Source of the DNA: Luteibacter yeojuensis
GTDB lineage: Bacteria > Pseudomonadota > Gammaproteobacteria > Xanthomonadales > Rhodanobacteraceae
Length of the DNA: 64,000 nucleotides
Assembly (NCBI RefSeq): GCF_000964085.1
Contig: NZ_JZRB01000029.1
Span: forward strand, 36,397 to 100,396
Direction: 5' to 3'
Shown: one piece after another, positions 1 through 9,639 of the stretch
Layout: each line of letters begins with the position of its first letter
How positions within the stretch are numbered: the first letter of the stretch is position 1
The notes under the pieces: generated by a model
Told to the model about the DNA's origin: nothing
What the model saw: the letters and a program-made list of their open reading frames with translations, nothing else
The model's database searches: none
Program-made: the position numbers and the translations under genes

Positions 1-428
1 GAGCGCGCGAAGGTGCTCCCTGATACCGTCAAATGCCTCTTCCCAGCTGCACCGGACATAGGTGTCGCTGTCCGTGGCGTAACGCATGGGTTCGGTGAGG
101 CGACCGGTCATTTCAAGGTCGTAGTCGGCCCATGTACGCAGTTCGGTAAGGGTATGTGCGCTGAAGAACTCTGGCGTACAGCGGTCGCTGGTGAGTTCCC
201 AGATGGTGGACTTGGCGCCGTTCTCGCAGAATTCGAACGCATGGGTGTGGGCGGGCTTTCCCCAGGCGCACGACGTGCACATGAAACCACGCGCCTTGTT
301 CTGGCGCCAGAGCGTGGACAACGTATGGTCTGGCCGTTCCCGCGCGAAGACCTTGGCCATGCCCGACACGGAGCCCCATCCGCCAGAAACGTGTTCTTCT
401 GGCTGCTCGTCTCGCCCGTCATCCGCCA
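1..428 (-). CDS. N-terminal ~142 codons of a FdhF/YdeP-family molybdopterin oxidoreductase. The gene continues past the window start, so it is absent from the ORF track, which has no in-window stop for it.
   Basis: My own translation of the minus strand from the ATG at 428: MADDGRDEQPEEHVSGGWGSVSGMAKVFARERPDHTLSTLWRQNKARGFMCTSCAWGKPAHTHAFEFCENGAKSTIWELTSDRCTPEFF... It is stop-free to position 1. The 'GGWG...' and 'F-x-C-x-x-C-A-W' pattern is typical of YdeP-family N-termini. Confidence 0.6.
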
Positions 429-564
429 TGGCCAATGCCCCGCATGAAAGATCTCATCATCCCGGCCGTCGCGTCGCCCCGGCGTCCGCATTCACCCACG
501 GCGCGTTCACGGCACGACGACTCCCATCACGTCGCAATGGGGGAAACTTAGCCAGAGCGCACCC

Positions 565-1671
565 ATGACGCCCCAGCCAGCATCCCCCGTCCGTTACTCG
601 CCCGCCCTTGAACATATCGACGATGACGAGGTGAGTGTGCACGCCGGTCTTGTCGAGCAGTTGGAGAAAATCGGCGATACCACCTACGCACACGGCCACC
701 ACGCCCTGCGCAGCGTGCACGCCAAGGGCCATGGGTTGCTCATCGGGTCGGTGACGATCCCCGACCACCTGCCGCCTGAACTCGCGCAGGGGCTGTTTGC
801 AAGCCCTGGCACGTATGACGCCGTGATTAGGCTTTCGACACCTGCCGGTGACGTACTCGACGACAACGTGTCGCTGCCGCGAGGCATGGCCGTGAAAATC
901 ATCGGGGTAGATGGAGAGCGCGTAGCCGCGTCGATGGAAGGGCGTACCCAGGATTTTGTCATGGTGAATGGCCCGGCCTTCGCCAAGCCCGACGCCAAGA
1001 GCTTCCTGCGCTCGCTTAAGCTGCTTGCAGCGACCACGGACAAGGGCGAGGTGCTCAAGCGTGCGTTGTCATCGACGCTGCGCGTGGTGGAGAAAGCGGT
1101 CGAGGGCGTTGGCGGAAAGAGCCCGGCACTCCTGACCATGGGCGGGCACCCCGAAACGCATATCCTCGGCGAGACGTTCTTCACGCAGGTCCCGCTGCGC
1201 TTTGGCGACTACGTTGCCAAGATCTCGTTTGCCCCCATCTCGCCGGCGCTGACGGCATTGACCGATGCACCGGTCGACCTGAAGGATCGGCCCGACGGGT
1301 TGCGGGAAGCGGTCGTGGACTTCTTCCGCGAAACAGGCGGCACGTGGGAAATCCGAGCGCAGCTCATGACCGATACCGAGAAAATGCCCGTTGAAGACGC
1401 GTCTGTGCCTTGGCCGGAGGACCACAGCCCCTACCGTGTCGTCGGCACCCTTACCGTGCCGCCGCAAGCCGCATGGGACGAGCAGAACATCCGCGCCATC
1501 GACGCCGCCACGTCGTTTAATCCCTGGCATGCCCTAGCCGCACACCAGCCGCTCGGTGGCGTGATGCGAGCGCGCCGAGTCGCATACGAAACCATGGCCC
1601 GCATCCGGCGCGAGCGCAATGGCACGCCTGTGCGGGAGCCCACGTCGCTTAATGACCTGCTCGCGACGTAA
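565..1671 (+). CDS. Catalase-related haem protein, a small catalase family protein.
   Basis: A 368 aa ORF with the 'LRSVHAKGHGLLIG' motif, which matches the catalase distal His/'HAKG' signature. Amino-acid composition is consistent with coding in a high-GC genome. Confidence 0.6.
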   Translation: MTPQPASPVRYSPALEHIDDDEVSVHAGLVEQLEKIGDTTYAHGHHALRSVHAKGHGLLIGSVTIPDHLPPELAQGLFASPGTYDAVIRLSTPAGDVLDDNVSLPRGMAVKIIGVDGERVAASMEGRTQDFVMVNGPAFAKPDAKSFLRSLKLLAATTDKGEVLKRALSSTLRVVEKAVEGVGGKSPALLTMGGHPETHILGETFFTQVPLRFGDYVAKISFAPISPALTALTDAPVDLKDRPDGLREAVVDFFRETGGTWEIRAQLMTDTEKMPVEDASVPWPEDHSPYRVVGTLTVPPQAAWDEQNIRAIDAATSFNPWHALAAHQPLGGVMRARRVAYETMARIRRERNGTPVREPTSLNDLLAT

Positions 1672-2177
1672 CGCCTCAAACGCGTCCGCAGCCGTTAACA
1701 AATCTTCTCGGCCAGGCTGACCATGGTCAGGGATATACGGCATCGACAGGCTACCTGCCGGCGGACGCCTGCTGGAAGGACCTAGGACGTCCCTGTGGCC
1801 TAACGACGGTGAGGCTGCGCTGTACCAATGCGTCGCTGGACCATGCTCGCAAGGCCTTCTGGTGAAGTGAAGGTGCGATCGATGGTTGCGGTGTGACAAA
1901 GCGCTGGTAACTCCCGTGACGCTTGGCGTCGCCGACCCTAGCCGCCACTGACACGCGCTAGCGCACGATGCCGCACTCTACCGTCGGCCGTCACCTGATT
2001 TTCATCGACGCTGGCTAGTCGGCGCCTATTGCTGCCTGGAAGGGTCAAGCTGCAATTGCTTGAGTTGGGATACACGGCTTAAGAATGTCCTCGTCGCCGC
2101 TCCCCTCCCTTAAAGACGTCCTCTTAGGCTGGATTATCTGCCGATCCCGGGGCGGATAGATTGATAAGCCTATGAAT

Positions 2178-2201
2178 TGATGACACATTTAAGTGTCATC
2201 A
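2178..2201. promoter_or_regulatory. Perfect 9-bp inverted repeat TGATGACAC-ATTTAA-GTGTCATCA in a low-GC non-coding stretch.
   Basis: Read directly from the sequence. It lies about 630 bp upstream of the PTH2-like gene start, in a region with no ORF. Confidence 0.35.
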
Positions 2202-2385
2202 ACGATGGACATCTTTAACTAGGTTCCGACATTGGCGCCAGAAACTAGGCCTCAAATCGAACGCCTGGCCAGCAACTCAACCGGATTGACTATGCATGCC
2301 AACGCCCCGCCCTGAACCTCGGTTGCGGTCGCCAAAGTTAGGCCGAGACGCTTCAGTTTTGGGCTGACATCGCCCGCAAGCAGCA

Positions 2386-2838
2386 TCACTTGATCATCGT
2401 ATAACGCTTCATGATGACCTCAACCTCATCGCGATATACCGGACCAACACCGAGCGCCGTCACAGTCGGCTCGCCGGTGAAGTGAGGCGGAACTTTGTGC
2501 CCGCGATCAATAACCAGGTGATGGGGCAGCTCTGCCTTCTGGAGGTCACGGTAAGCACGAACCAGAGTGGTTAGGCTTTTTGCATACATGACGAGCTTGG
2601 TGCCCTCACCGGTGCCCTTGTATTCCCCCGTGACCTCGGGACGTTGCATCAAGGCTTTCTCGTAAGCACTGGTGAACGCATGACCGCACTGAGCCGCCAG
2701 CTTCCCCGGACTCATTTCCAGATCGGCACGGCAGATGACATACATGTTCAGGGGCCGATAACCGGCGTGGAACTCAGCCATCGTGCGCTTGCGCTCTTCA
2801 AGCAGCTGCAGGATGTCGTCTTCGAGAGCAAGTTCCAT
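2386..2838 (-). CDS. PTH2-family peptidyl-tRNA hydrolase-like protein. The ORF-track entry extends to 2958, but the likely start is the internal Met at 2838.
   Basis: 'MSPGKLAAQCGHAFTSAY' matches the PTH2 'GKxAAQCxHA' core. The C-terminal 'HLVIDRGHK...PTVTALGVGP' matches the PTH2 C-terminus. The gene sits in a stretch of about 55% GC against a background of about 68%. Confidence 0.55.
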   Translation of the reverse strand: MELALEDDILQLLEERKRTMAEFHAGYRPLNMYVICRADLEMSPGKLAAQCGHAFTSAYEKALMQRPEVTGEYKGTGEGTKLVMYAKSLTTLVRAYRDLQKAELPHHLVIDRGHKVPPHFTGEPTVTALGVGPVYRDEVEVIMKRYTMIK

Positions 2839-3040
2839 GGCGTATGGCCTTCCCGGCAGTGTGTCGTTCCGTACATTAGCCGGACGCTGGAATTTATCCA
2901 GTCCAGTACCCGCAATCGATGCTAAGTTCGCCACCCGCGCAACCAACATTGAGACCACCCTGGTCGCTACATCACAAAATGCCCATCACCTTATTGCGAA
3001 TGATTCGCGTTCGCTATATCGTCCGCTTTTTACGCGCGGG

Positions 3041-3420
3041 CAATGCCAATGGCCTCGGTGGGTATTCTCAATTCGGTGCCCTCAGCCCTGCTCTGCGAGA
3101 TGTTCGGGGCCGCCGGCTTTGGCTTTGCCGTGCTTGATCTGGAGCATGTGCTCCTCTCACCAGGCGATCTGCAACATGTCATCCGGGCTTGCGAGCTCGG
3201 TGGTTACGAGCCATGAGTGCGGGTGCCGGAGGTCGATGCAAAGCTGATCGGCCGGGTGCTCGACGCCGGTGCCAGGGGCATCGTCATCCCACGACCGGAG
3301 ACCGCCGAGCAGGCCCACGCCGCGGTGCAGGCCGCGCACTTTCCGGCCCTGGGCACCCGCGGCATCAACCGCGGCGTGCTGCTGGCCGCCCGGCGCAGCC
3401 GCCGGCGTGAACTTGAACCC
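3041..3420 (+). pseudogene. Decayed HpcH/HpaI-family aldolase fragment, frameshifted and truncated.
   Basis: Two frames together give '...LCEMFGAAGFGFAVLDLEHVLLSPGDLQHVIRACELGGYEP*' followed by 'VRVPEVDAKLIGRVLDAGARGIVIPRPETAEQAHAAVQAAHFPALGTRG'. Joined, they recapitulate the HpcH/HpaI aldolase core (GFD..D.EH ... VRV ... LD.GA.GI.VP ... P.G.RG). There is an in-frame TGA near 3205, and the C-terminus is missing. Confidence 0.55.
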
Positions 3421-3442
3421 GTTAACCCTGAAGGATCGACCC

Positions 3443-5548
3443 GTGCGTGACACCCCCCGCCTGCTTGCCTTGAGCCTGGCCATCGCCTGTGCCCTGCCCG
3501 CCACCGCCCTCCGTGCCGCGGACGACGACCAGGCCATGCGCCAGAAAGCGAGCGACCTGCAGGCTATTACCGTGCAGGGCAATGTGCTGGGTGCATCGCG
3601 CACCGAAGACGTGCGCACCTACGCGGGCAGCCGCCAGGTCATCGCGCGCAAGGACCTCGACACCGGCGCCTACCGCTCGCTGGACGACGCCCTGCAGCAC
3701 GTGCCAGGCGTGAAGATCTTCGACGAGACCGGCACCGGTGTGCTGCCGCAGATCATGTTGCGCGGCCTTTACGAGAGCCGCAGTGGCCGCGTGCAGGTGC
3801 TCGAGGATGGCATACCGCTCTCGCTTGCCCCGTACGGCCAGACGAGCCTGTCGCTTTTCCCCGTGACGATGAACCAGATCGACCGCATCGACATCGTGCG
3901 CGGCGGCGCCGCCGTGCAGTACGGCCCGAACAACGTAGGCGGCGTGATCAACCTGGTAAGCAAGCCCATCCCGGAAACCTGGACCACCGTGCTTGGCGAG
4001 AAAGTGACGGCGGGTGGCAAGGGCAAATTCCTAAAGGACTCGTCGGTGAGCACCGGCGGCTACCTCACGCCGGATTTCGGCGTGCAAATGGATGCGGACT
4101 GGCTGAAGGGCCAGTACTGGCGCGACCACAGCGATACCGACGTGAAAAACGTGCGCCTGCGCACCGAGTGGTGGCTGGCCGATGACAAGGTGCTGAAGGC
4201 CGAGATCGGCCGCTACGTGGCCAACATGGATCTCGCGGGTGCCTTGTCGGTGGCCGATTACCGCGATAACCCCCGCGATGCGACACGCCCGCTGGATGAA
4301 TTCACCGGGCGCACCACGCGCAGCGCTGTTACCTACCAGCAGGACCTTGGGGCGTGGGCGCTGTTCGACAGTTCGCAGTTCGACTGGACGACGTTCGGCG
4401 CCGAGAGCACGCGCAATTTCGTCGTTGGCATGCGCCGGGCCTCCACGCAGACGTGGAGCCCCGACCTCCCGCCGCAGCTGCGCCAGAGCGCGCCGCGAGG
4501 GTTCAGCGTGTACGGCACGGAGCCACGCCTGTCGCTGCGCATCGACGGCGCCGTGAGCCAGCAATGGACCCTGGGCGTGCGCGCCGAGCGCGAGGATATC
4601 GACTTCCTTGTCGGCAACACGGGGCTGGATAACGGCGTCTACACCCTCGCGCGCAACTGGAAGTTCAGGGATCGTGCGTTCGCCGCCTATGTCAGCGATG
4701 CCATCGGTTTCATGGACGATCGCCTGACGGTGACGCCGGGCGTGCGCTTCGAGCACCTGGACTCGGATTACCACGACCTGGCCACGGGCCGCACCACGCA
4801 AAACAATATCCGCAACAGCCTGCCCGGCCTCACGGTGGGCTTCAAGGTATCGCCGCGCTGGTACGTCTATGCCGATGCGCAGCGCTCGCTGCGCGCGCCG
4901 CAGGTGACGCAGATCGTGTTCGGCGACAACCTGGATTCGGAACTGGCCTGGAACTACGAAGCGGGCATGCGATTCTTCCCGGCCGAAGGTACCAGCCTCA
5001 ACGTGGATGCCTACCGTATCGACTTCGACAAGCAGATCGCGCTGGACAACACCACGCGTACCTACGGCAACCTGGGCAAGACGCGCCACCAGGGTGTCGA
5101 AGCGCAGTTCGAGTGGTCGCCGGTGAAGGCGCTGAAGTTCGATCTCGGCTACGCCTATCTCGATGCGAAGCAGGAATCCGGGCAATACGCCGGCCAGCGC
5201 GTGCCGTATACCTCGCGTAACCAATACAACGTGGGCGCATCCTACGATCTCGGCGAGACCACGCTCGCGGTGAACGGCTACTACTTCAGCAAGGCGTTCA
5301 CCGACGCGGCGAACACGCCGGTGGAGAACGCCATCGCCTCGATCGGCCCCCTGCCCTCCTACGCGGTGTGGAACGCACAGGTGAGCCACGTCTTCCTGCG
5401 CGAAAAAACCAGCACCCTGAAGGGCACGCTGGCCGTGAACAACCTCGCCGACCACCGCTACTACTTCCGCGGCATCGACACCAGCCCCTGGGGTCGCGAG
5501 CCCGCACCGGGCCGCACCTTCACCGCAGGGGTGGAGCTGGCTTTCTAA
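3443..5548 (+). CDS. TonB-dependent outer-membrane receptor, siderophore/FecA-like. GTG start at 3443; the ORF-track N-terminal extension from 3269 is rejected.
   Basis: A signal peptide 'VRDTPRLLALSLAIACALPATALRA' preceded by AAGGA. The plug motif 'DRIDIVRGGAAVQYGPNNVGGVINLV' and a C-terminal aromatic '...GVELAF'. Confidence 0.8.
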   Translation: MRDTPRLLALSLAIACALPATALRAADDDQAMRQKASDLQAITVQGNVLGASRTEDVRTYAGSRQVIARKDLDTGAYRSLDDALQHVPGVKIFDETGTGVLPQIMLRGLYESRSGRVQVLEDGIPLSLAPYGQTSLSLFPVTMNQIDRIDIVRGGAAVQYGPNNVGGVINLVSKPIPETWTTVLGEKVTAGGKGKFLKDSSVSTGGYLTPDFGVQMDADWLKGQYWRDHSDTDVKNVRLRTEWWLADDKVLKAEIGRYVANMDLAGALSVADYRDNPRDATRPLDEFTGRTTRSAVTYQQDLGAWALFDSSQFDWTTFGAESTRNFVVGMRRASTQTWSPDLPPQLRQSAPRGFSVYGTEPRLSLRIDGAVSQQWTLGVRAEREDIDFLVGNTGLDNGVYTLARNWKFRDRAFAAYVSDAIGFMDDRLTVTPGVRFEHLDSDYHDLATGRTTQNNIRNSLPGLTVGFKVSPRWYVYADAQRSLRAPQVTQIVFGDNLDSELAWNYEAGMRFFPAEGTSLNVDAYRIDFDKQIALDNTTRTYGNLGKTRHQGVEAQFEWSPVKALKFDLGYAYLDAKQESGQYAGQRVPYTSRNQYNVGASYDLGETTLAVNGYYFSKAFTDAANTPVENAIASIGPLPSYAVWNAQVSHVFLREKTSTLKGTLAVNNLADHRYYFRGIDTSPWGREPAPGRTFTAGVELAF

Positions 5549-5562
5549 GCGCAAGCGACATC

Positions 5563-8500
5563 TCAGAAATCGTACGAGACGGCGACACGAACGTAACGCG
5601 GCTGCTGGCGGTAGACGACGCGTTGGTACGAATCCACCGGAACATCGTTGGTGCTGCCGTAACCGGAGTCGTACTGGATCGGGCGTTGTTTATTGAGGAT
5701 GTTGAACACGTAGAGGTTGAAAGCGAGTTTCTTCCCTGCCCATTCCGGACGGTACTCCAGGTTGCCCGACAACGTGTATTGCCACGGCGTGCGTCCAGCG
5801 CGGCCCGGCGGCTCGGGACGGCCATCGCAGAAGTAGTACGAGGTCTTGCCGTAGCCGGACGGGTCGCGATCCTCTGGCGGTAGATCAGGGCCACCAAAGG
5901 CGCCCAGGCAGCCCTTGGGCAGGCCCGACACGACGGCGAGGTTCGCGCCCAGCAGCCATTCCGACGCCATCTGCCAGTAGCCATTGAATTTGAACTGATG
6001 GCGCTGGTCGTTGGCCTGGTCGCCGTTGGAATACACCATCAGCGACGAGTAATCCCACGACGTCGTTGCGGCGATGTCGGACTGCCGGATATCCGATCGC
6101 ACCGGGCCCTCGGTGTTACCGAAGCTGTGCGAGTAGACGTAGTTGAACGAGCCGTACCACGTGCCGTCGAACGGGTGCTCGAGCGTGAACTCCAGGCCGG
6201 CGTACTTGCGCTTCAGATGCGGAAAGCCGAAATCGTCGTTGGTGACGTGCACGTTGTGGCGCGCGCCATCGTCGGTAAGCAGCGTGAAGTCGGAGGCCTT
6301 GCCCGGGTTGAAGATGTAGCAACTGGGGTTGGCATCGCTGAGCGCGTCGGTGTCCACGCCTTGCGCGCGGGCGGCCGCCTGGATGGTCCCCACGTCGCAT
6401 ACATCGTCCAGCGCGTTGCGCAGGTTGCGCACCACGCCCTTCACGCCGTAAACCCACTCCGGCCCCCACTGGTGCTGGAAGCCCAGCACGTATTCATCCT
6501 GGAATTCGGCCTTCAGGTGCCGCGCCGTCACCGTCTCCGGATCCGGCGCCGCGCCGGTCAATGCCGCGGCACTGCCGGCGACGGCGTGACCCGGCGGCAG
6601 GGCCGTCAGGCCACTTGGCGTGCCATCGGCGTTGATGCCGGTGTAGGTGAAGTACTCGTTGGTGAACAGGTTGCCACCGGCACCGCGAATGGCCACCGAG
6701 TTCGGCAGCGCGAGGTAGTAGCGTCCCACGTTGCCGAAGACCTTGAAGCTGGCATCGCCGCCGACGTCCCAGGCGAATCCGACACGCGGCGCCCACTGCG
6801 GCTTGGTCTGGCGGATGTACGCTTTGTGATCGGTGTTGTAGTTGGTGAACTGATCGTTGCGCAGGCCCAGCTTCAGGAGGAAGCGGTCGCTGACCTGCCA
6901 CGCGTCCTCGATGTACTGCGCCCGCTGCGTGGTCTGGGCCGAGGCCACCGCGCGATAACGGTAGCGCGAGACGTAATAGCCGTCCTCGCCGCCGGGGTAG
7001 CCAACCGGCGCCGGCACCCCGTTCTGGATGTCGATGGGCGCCGTCGGGTCGCCCGAGGCATTGGTGTAGATCCACCAGTAGCCGCCATCGGGACCGGACA
7101 CGATCGAGCCCTGGTCGGTGGCCACCGCCACCTGGTTGTCGATGCCGGCGCTGATGGTGTGGTCCCCCAGGTGCTCGCTCAGGTCGATGCGCAGGTTGCG
7201 CGTGCGGTTGGCGGCGGAGGGATCGTTCAAATACCCAAACGGCTGCGACCCGGGAAGCGGCACGCCGCCATTCAAGGCCGGGTTCTGGTTGCTCGCCCCG
7301 CTGATGAATACCTGGTCGGCGTCGTAGCCAGGGTACTGGGTGTAGTTCTTGTTCTTCAGCTTGCCGTACATCGCGCTCAACGTGAGGTCGTCGGTCAGGT
7401 AGCCGGTGTACTTCACGATGCCGATGTCGGTCGACGTCTTCGTGGGCGACGACTGCGCGCGGAAGGCGCCTTCGGTCTTGCTATCGTAGTCGTAGAAGAA
7501 CTGGTTGGCCTGGTAGGACTGCTTGCTCGACACCCCGGTGAATTCGAGGATGTGATTGTCGGTGATGTTCCAGTCGACCTTGGCGTACCAGCGCGGATCA
7601 CGGTAGCGGTATTCGGTCTCGTAGGGGCCGTCGATGCTGCCGATGCTGCTGCCCTGTTGCCGTTCGACCTCGTACGCGGCATAGAAGAACAGTTTGTCCT
7701 TGATCAGCGCGCCGCCGCCGTATCCGTTGATGATCTCCGACCAGCTCTTGTCCTCGCGGTTGTAGTCGTAGAGCTCGCCCTTTCGCTTGCCCTGGACGTA
7801 GTAACTATTCGCCGGCCCCGCGCGCAGTGAGCGCGGCAGCCACTGGATCTGTGCGCCGAAGTGCCACTCGTTGGTGCCATGCTTGCCCACCTGGCTGATC
7901 ACACCACCGTCGGAGCGCCCATATTGCGGACCGTAACCCGCGGTCAGGGTTTCCTGCTGATCGATGGCGCCATACGGAAGCTGCGTGCCACCCAAGTTGG
8001 TCAGTGGGTTCGAGGTGTTGAATCCGTTGATGTAATAGGCGTTCTCCGCGACCGACGAGCCGCTGAAGGCGACACCGCCGAACGCGGGATTGCCAGCCAC
8101 CGTGCCCGGGGCCAACAGGGCGACGGATTCGGCACTACGGGCGACGGGCAACTTGGCCAGCTCGGTGGCCGTGACGACGGAACGTGAGTCCACGCTGGTC
8201 GTATCGATCGCCGGGATGGCATTGGCCGAGACGGTTACCGCGGCGAGGTTTTCCGTCGAAGGGCCTGCGGCCGAGCTGGCTTCGGCGAAGGACACTTGCG
8301 TCGTCGTGCCCACGCGCAGCTGGATGTTGTCACGGGTTTCGACAGGCTTGCCATCGCGAAGCAACGTCACGCGGTAGATGCCGATGGGAAGCGATGCGGC
8401 CGTGAAGCGGCCACGCTCGTCCACGGGCACGTCGCGGCTGAAACCGGAACCCGGGTTTTCCACGCGAACGGATTCCCCGGCCGCCGCGGGCGCCGCGCCG

Positions 8501-8622
8501 CTGATGGTGCCGACCGTGGACTGGGCGAATACTGCCGGGCTTTCGATGCCCAGCAAGGCGACTGCGATGGCCGCGGCGATAACGCGCGCGCGGCAAGGCA
8601 TGGCATGGCGCATGGATGACAT
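5563..8622 (-). CDS. Oar-like TonB-dependent receptor with an N-terminal carboxypeptidase-regulatory-like domain.
   Basis: A 1019 aa protein with a signal peptide, followed by 'QSTVGTISG...VRVENPGSGFSRDVPVDERGRFTAASLPIGIYRVTLLRDGKPV' (CarbopepD_reg-like), a long β-barrel, and a C-terminal 'RVAVSYDF'. Confidence 0.8.
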   Translation of the reverse strand: MSSMRHAMPCRARVIAAAIAVALLGIESPAVFAQSTVGTISGAAPAAAGESVRVENPGSGFSRDVPVDERGRFTAASLPIGIYRVTLLRDGKPVETRDNIQLRVGTTTQVSFAEASSAAGPSTENLAAVTVSANAIPAIDTTSVDSRSVVTATELAKLPVARSAESVALLAPGTVAGNPAFGGVAFSGSSVAENAYYINGFNTSNPLTNLGGTQLPYGAIDQQETLTAGYGPQYGRSDGGVISQVGKHGTNEWHFGAQIQWLPRSLRAGPANSYYVQGKRKGELYDYNREDKSWSEIINGYGGGALIKDKLFFYAAYEVERQQGSSIGSIDGPYETEYRYRDPRWYAKVDWNITDNHILEFTGVSSKQSYQANQFFYDYDSKTEGAFRAQSSPTKTSTDIGIVKYTGYLTDDLTLSAMYGKLKNKNYTQYPGYDADQVFISGASNQNPALNGGVPLPGSQPFGYLNDPSAANRTRNLRIDLSEHLGDHTISAGIDNQVAVATDQGSIVSGPDGGYWWIYTNASGDPTAPIDIQNGVPAPVGYPGGEDGYYVSRYRYRAVASAQTTQRAQYIEDAWQVSDRFLLKLGLRNDQFTNYNTDHKAYIRQTKPQWAPRVGFAWDVGGDASFKVFGNVGRYYLALPNSVAIRGAGGNLFTNEYFTYTGINADGTPSGLTALPPGHAVAGSAAALTGAAPDPETVTARHLKAEFQDEYVLGFQHQWGPEWVYGVKGVVRNLRNALDDVCDVGTIQAAARAQGVDTDALSDANPSCYIFNPGKASDFTLLTDDGARHNVHVTNDDFGFPHLKRKYAGLEFTLEHPFDGTWYGSFNYVYSHSFGNTEGPVRSDIRQSDIAATTSWDYSSLMVYSNGDQANDQRHQFKFNGYWQMASEWLLGANLAVVSGLPKGCLGAFGGPDLPPEDRDPSGYGKTSYYFCDGRPEPPGRAGRTPWQYTLSGNLEYRPEWAGKKLAFNLYVFNILNKQRPIQYDSGYGSTNDVPVDSYQRVVYRQQPRYVRVAVSYDF

Positions 8623-8701
8623 ACGGTGAACCCCCGGATAAACCCCTGGACCGGCCCACGCCCCCTACGCGGTACCGACGGCCTGACGTGCGTGTTGGCA
8701 C

Positions 8702-8721
8702 CTCTCCGAATATTCGGAGAG
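8702..8721. promoter_or_regulatory. Perfect 20-bp palindrome CTCTCCGAATATTCGGAGAG upstream of the Oar-like TonB-dependent receptor gene.
   Basis: Read directly. It lies 80–100 bp upstream of the minus-strand start at 8622, in the 8623–8829 intergenic region. Confidence 0.4.
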
Positions 8722-8829
8722 TTACTATCGGATACCACGCAGTTTGCGGGAGCGCAACGGAGAGTTGTGAATCTGGGGCTATTAGTGCGTACCGCGTCTC
8801 AAGAAGCCAGGGGGTGCCGATGGCAGCAG

Positions 8830-9639
8830 CTACATGCCGGCGGAGTCGCGGGGCGCCCCAAATCGCTGGTGCAACAGCCGTTCACGCACGAAACGATAGG
8901 GAGGGCCGGCCCATCGTTTAAGCGGCTTCTTCACATTCCACTTGGCCCACTGCTTGAACCGGGCACCGCCGCCGGCGCCGGCAAGTGCCATGGCCACCGC
9001 AGGCGCATCGGCCTGCACCAGGGCGTAACGCCCCAAAACTGCGCAGCCACCGCGGCGCCATGCGCGCGTGGTGGGTTCCGACGTGAACAAGGTACGAATG
9101 CCGGAAGCCTCGGCCGCCTCTAGTACGGCCCTCGACATGAAACCACCTGGCACGGACGCTACCTGCACGCGCTCACCGAGTACGTCCTCCAGCGCCTCCA
9201 CGCTACGCCGCCACTCATCTCGCAGCGCGGCCGCATCGAGCCGGGAAATGTTCGCAGGATGCGTGTGCGAATGGCTGCCGACCAGGTGCCCTGCCCGGCG
9301 CAGCGCACGTAGGTCGTCGGCACTGACGAAGCCGGGCGTGCCGATGCGTGCTGTTGTGATGAAAAAACATCCACGCATTCCCCGCTCCACCATGGCCTCG
9401 CCCACGGCAACCGCGCTCGCACCGCCATCGTCGTAGGTCAGCAGGCAACCTTCGTAGCGCCCGGCGGCCACGGCTCCCGGCTCGGCAAACGTGGCGCCAA
9501 CAGCGCGAAGGCCGTCAAGATGGGCAAGGAAGTTGGTGGTATCGAGCTTGTAGTGCGCAGCCGCGCTGCCCAGGAACCCGCTGTCGTCCCAACGGCTGTC
9601 GGAAACCACGTCGTGGTACATCAGGCTGACGAGGCTCAT
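8830..9639 (-). CDS. Polysaccharide deacetylase (NodB-homology) family protein, ArnD-like.
   Basis: The motifs 'MYHDV', 'LTYDDG' and 'HSHTHP' are the NodB-domain metal and catalytic motifs. There is a 4-bp overlap with the upstream formyltransferase gene. Confidence 0.7.
   Translation of the reverse strand: MSLVSLMYHDVVSDSRWDDSGFLGSAAAHYKLDTTNFLAHLDGLRAVGATFAEPGAVAAGRYEGCLLTYDDGGASAVAVGEAMVERGMRGCFFITTARIGTPGFVSADDLRALRRAGHLVGSHSHTHPANISRLDAAALRDEWRRSVEALEDVLGERVQVASVPGGFMSRAVLEAAEASGIRTLFTSEPTTRAWRRGGCAVLGRYALVQADAPAVAMALAGAGGGARFKQWAKWNVKKPLKRWAGPPYRFVRERLLHQRFGAPRDSAGM

Noticed and set aside
3269-3442. The 5' extension of the TonB-dependent receptor ORF in the track.
   Set aside because: The extension encodes Pro/Arg-rich sequence overlapping the aldolase pseudogene. 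GTG 3443 with AAGGA immediately precedes the signal peptide.
4031-8622. Long ORFs antisense to the two TonB-dependent receptor genes (4031..5554 minus; 5998..7830 plus).
   Set aside because: These are shadow ORFs. The TonB-dependent receptor frames carry signal peptides, plug domains and C-terminal aromatic residues.
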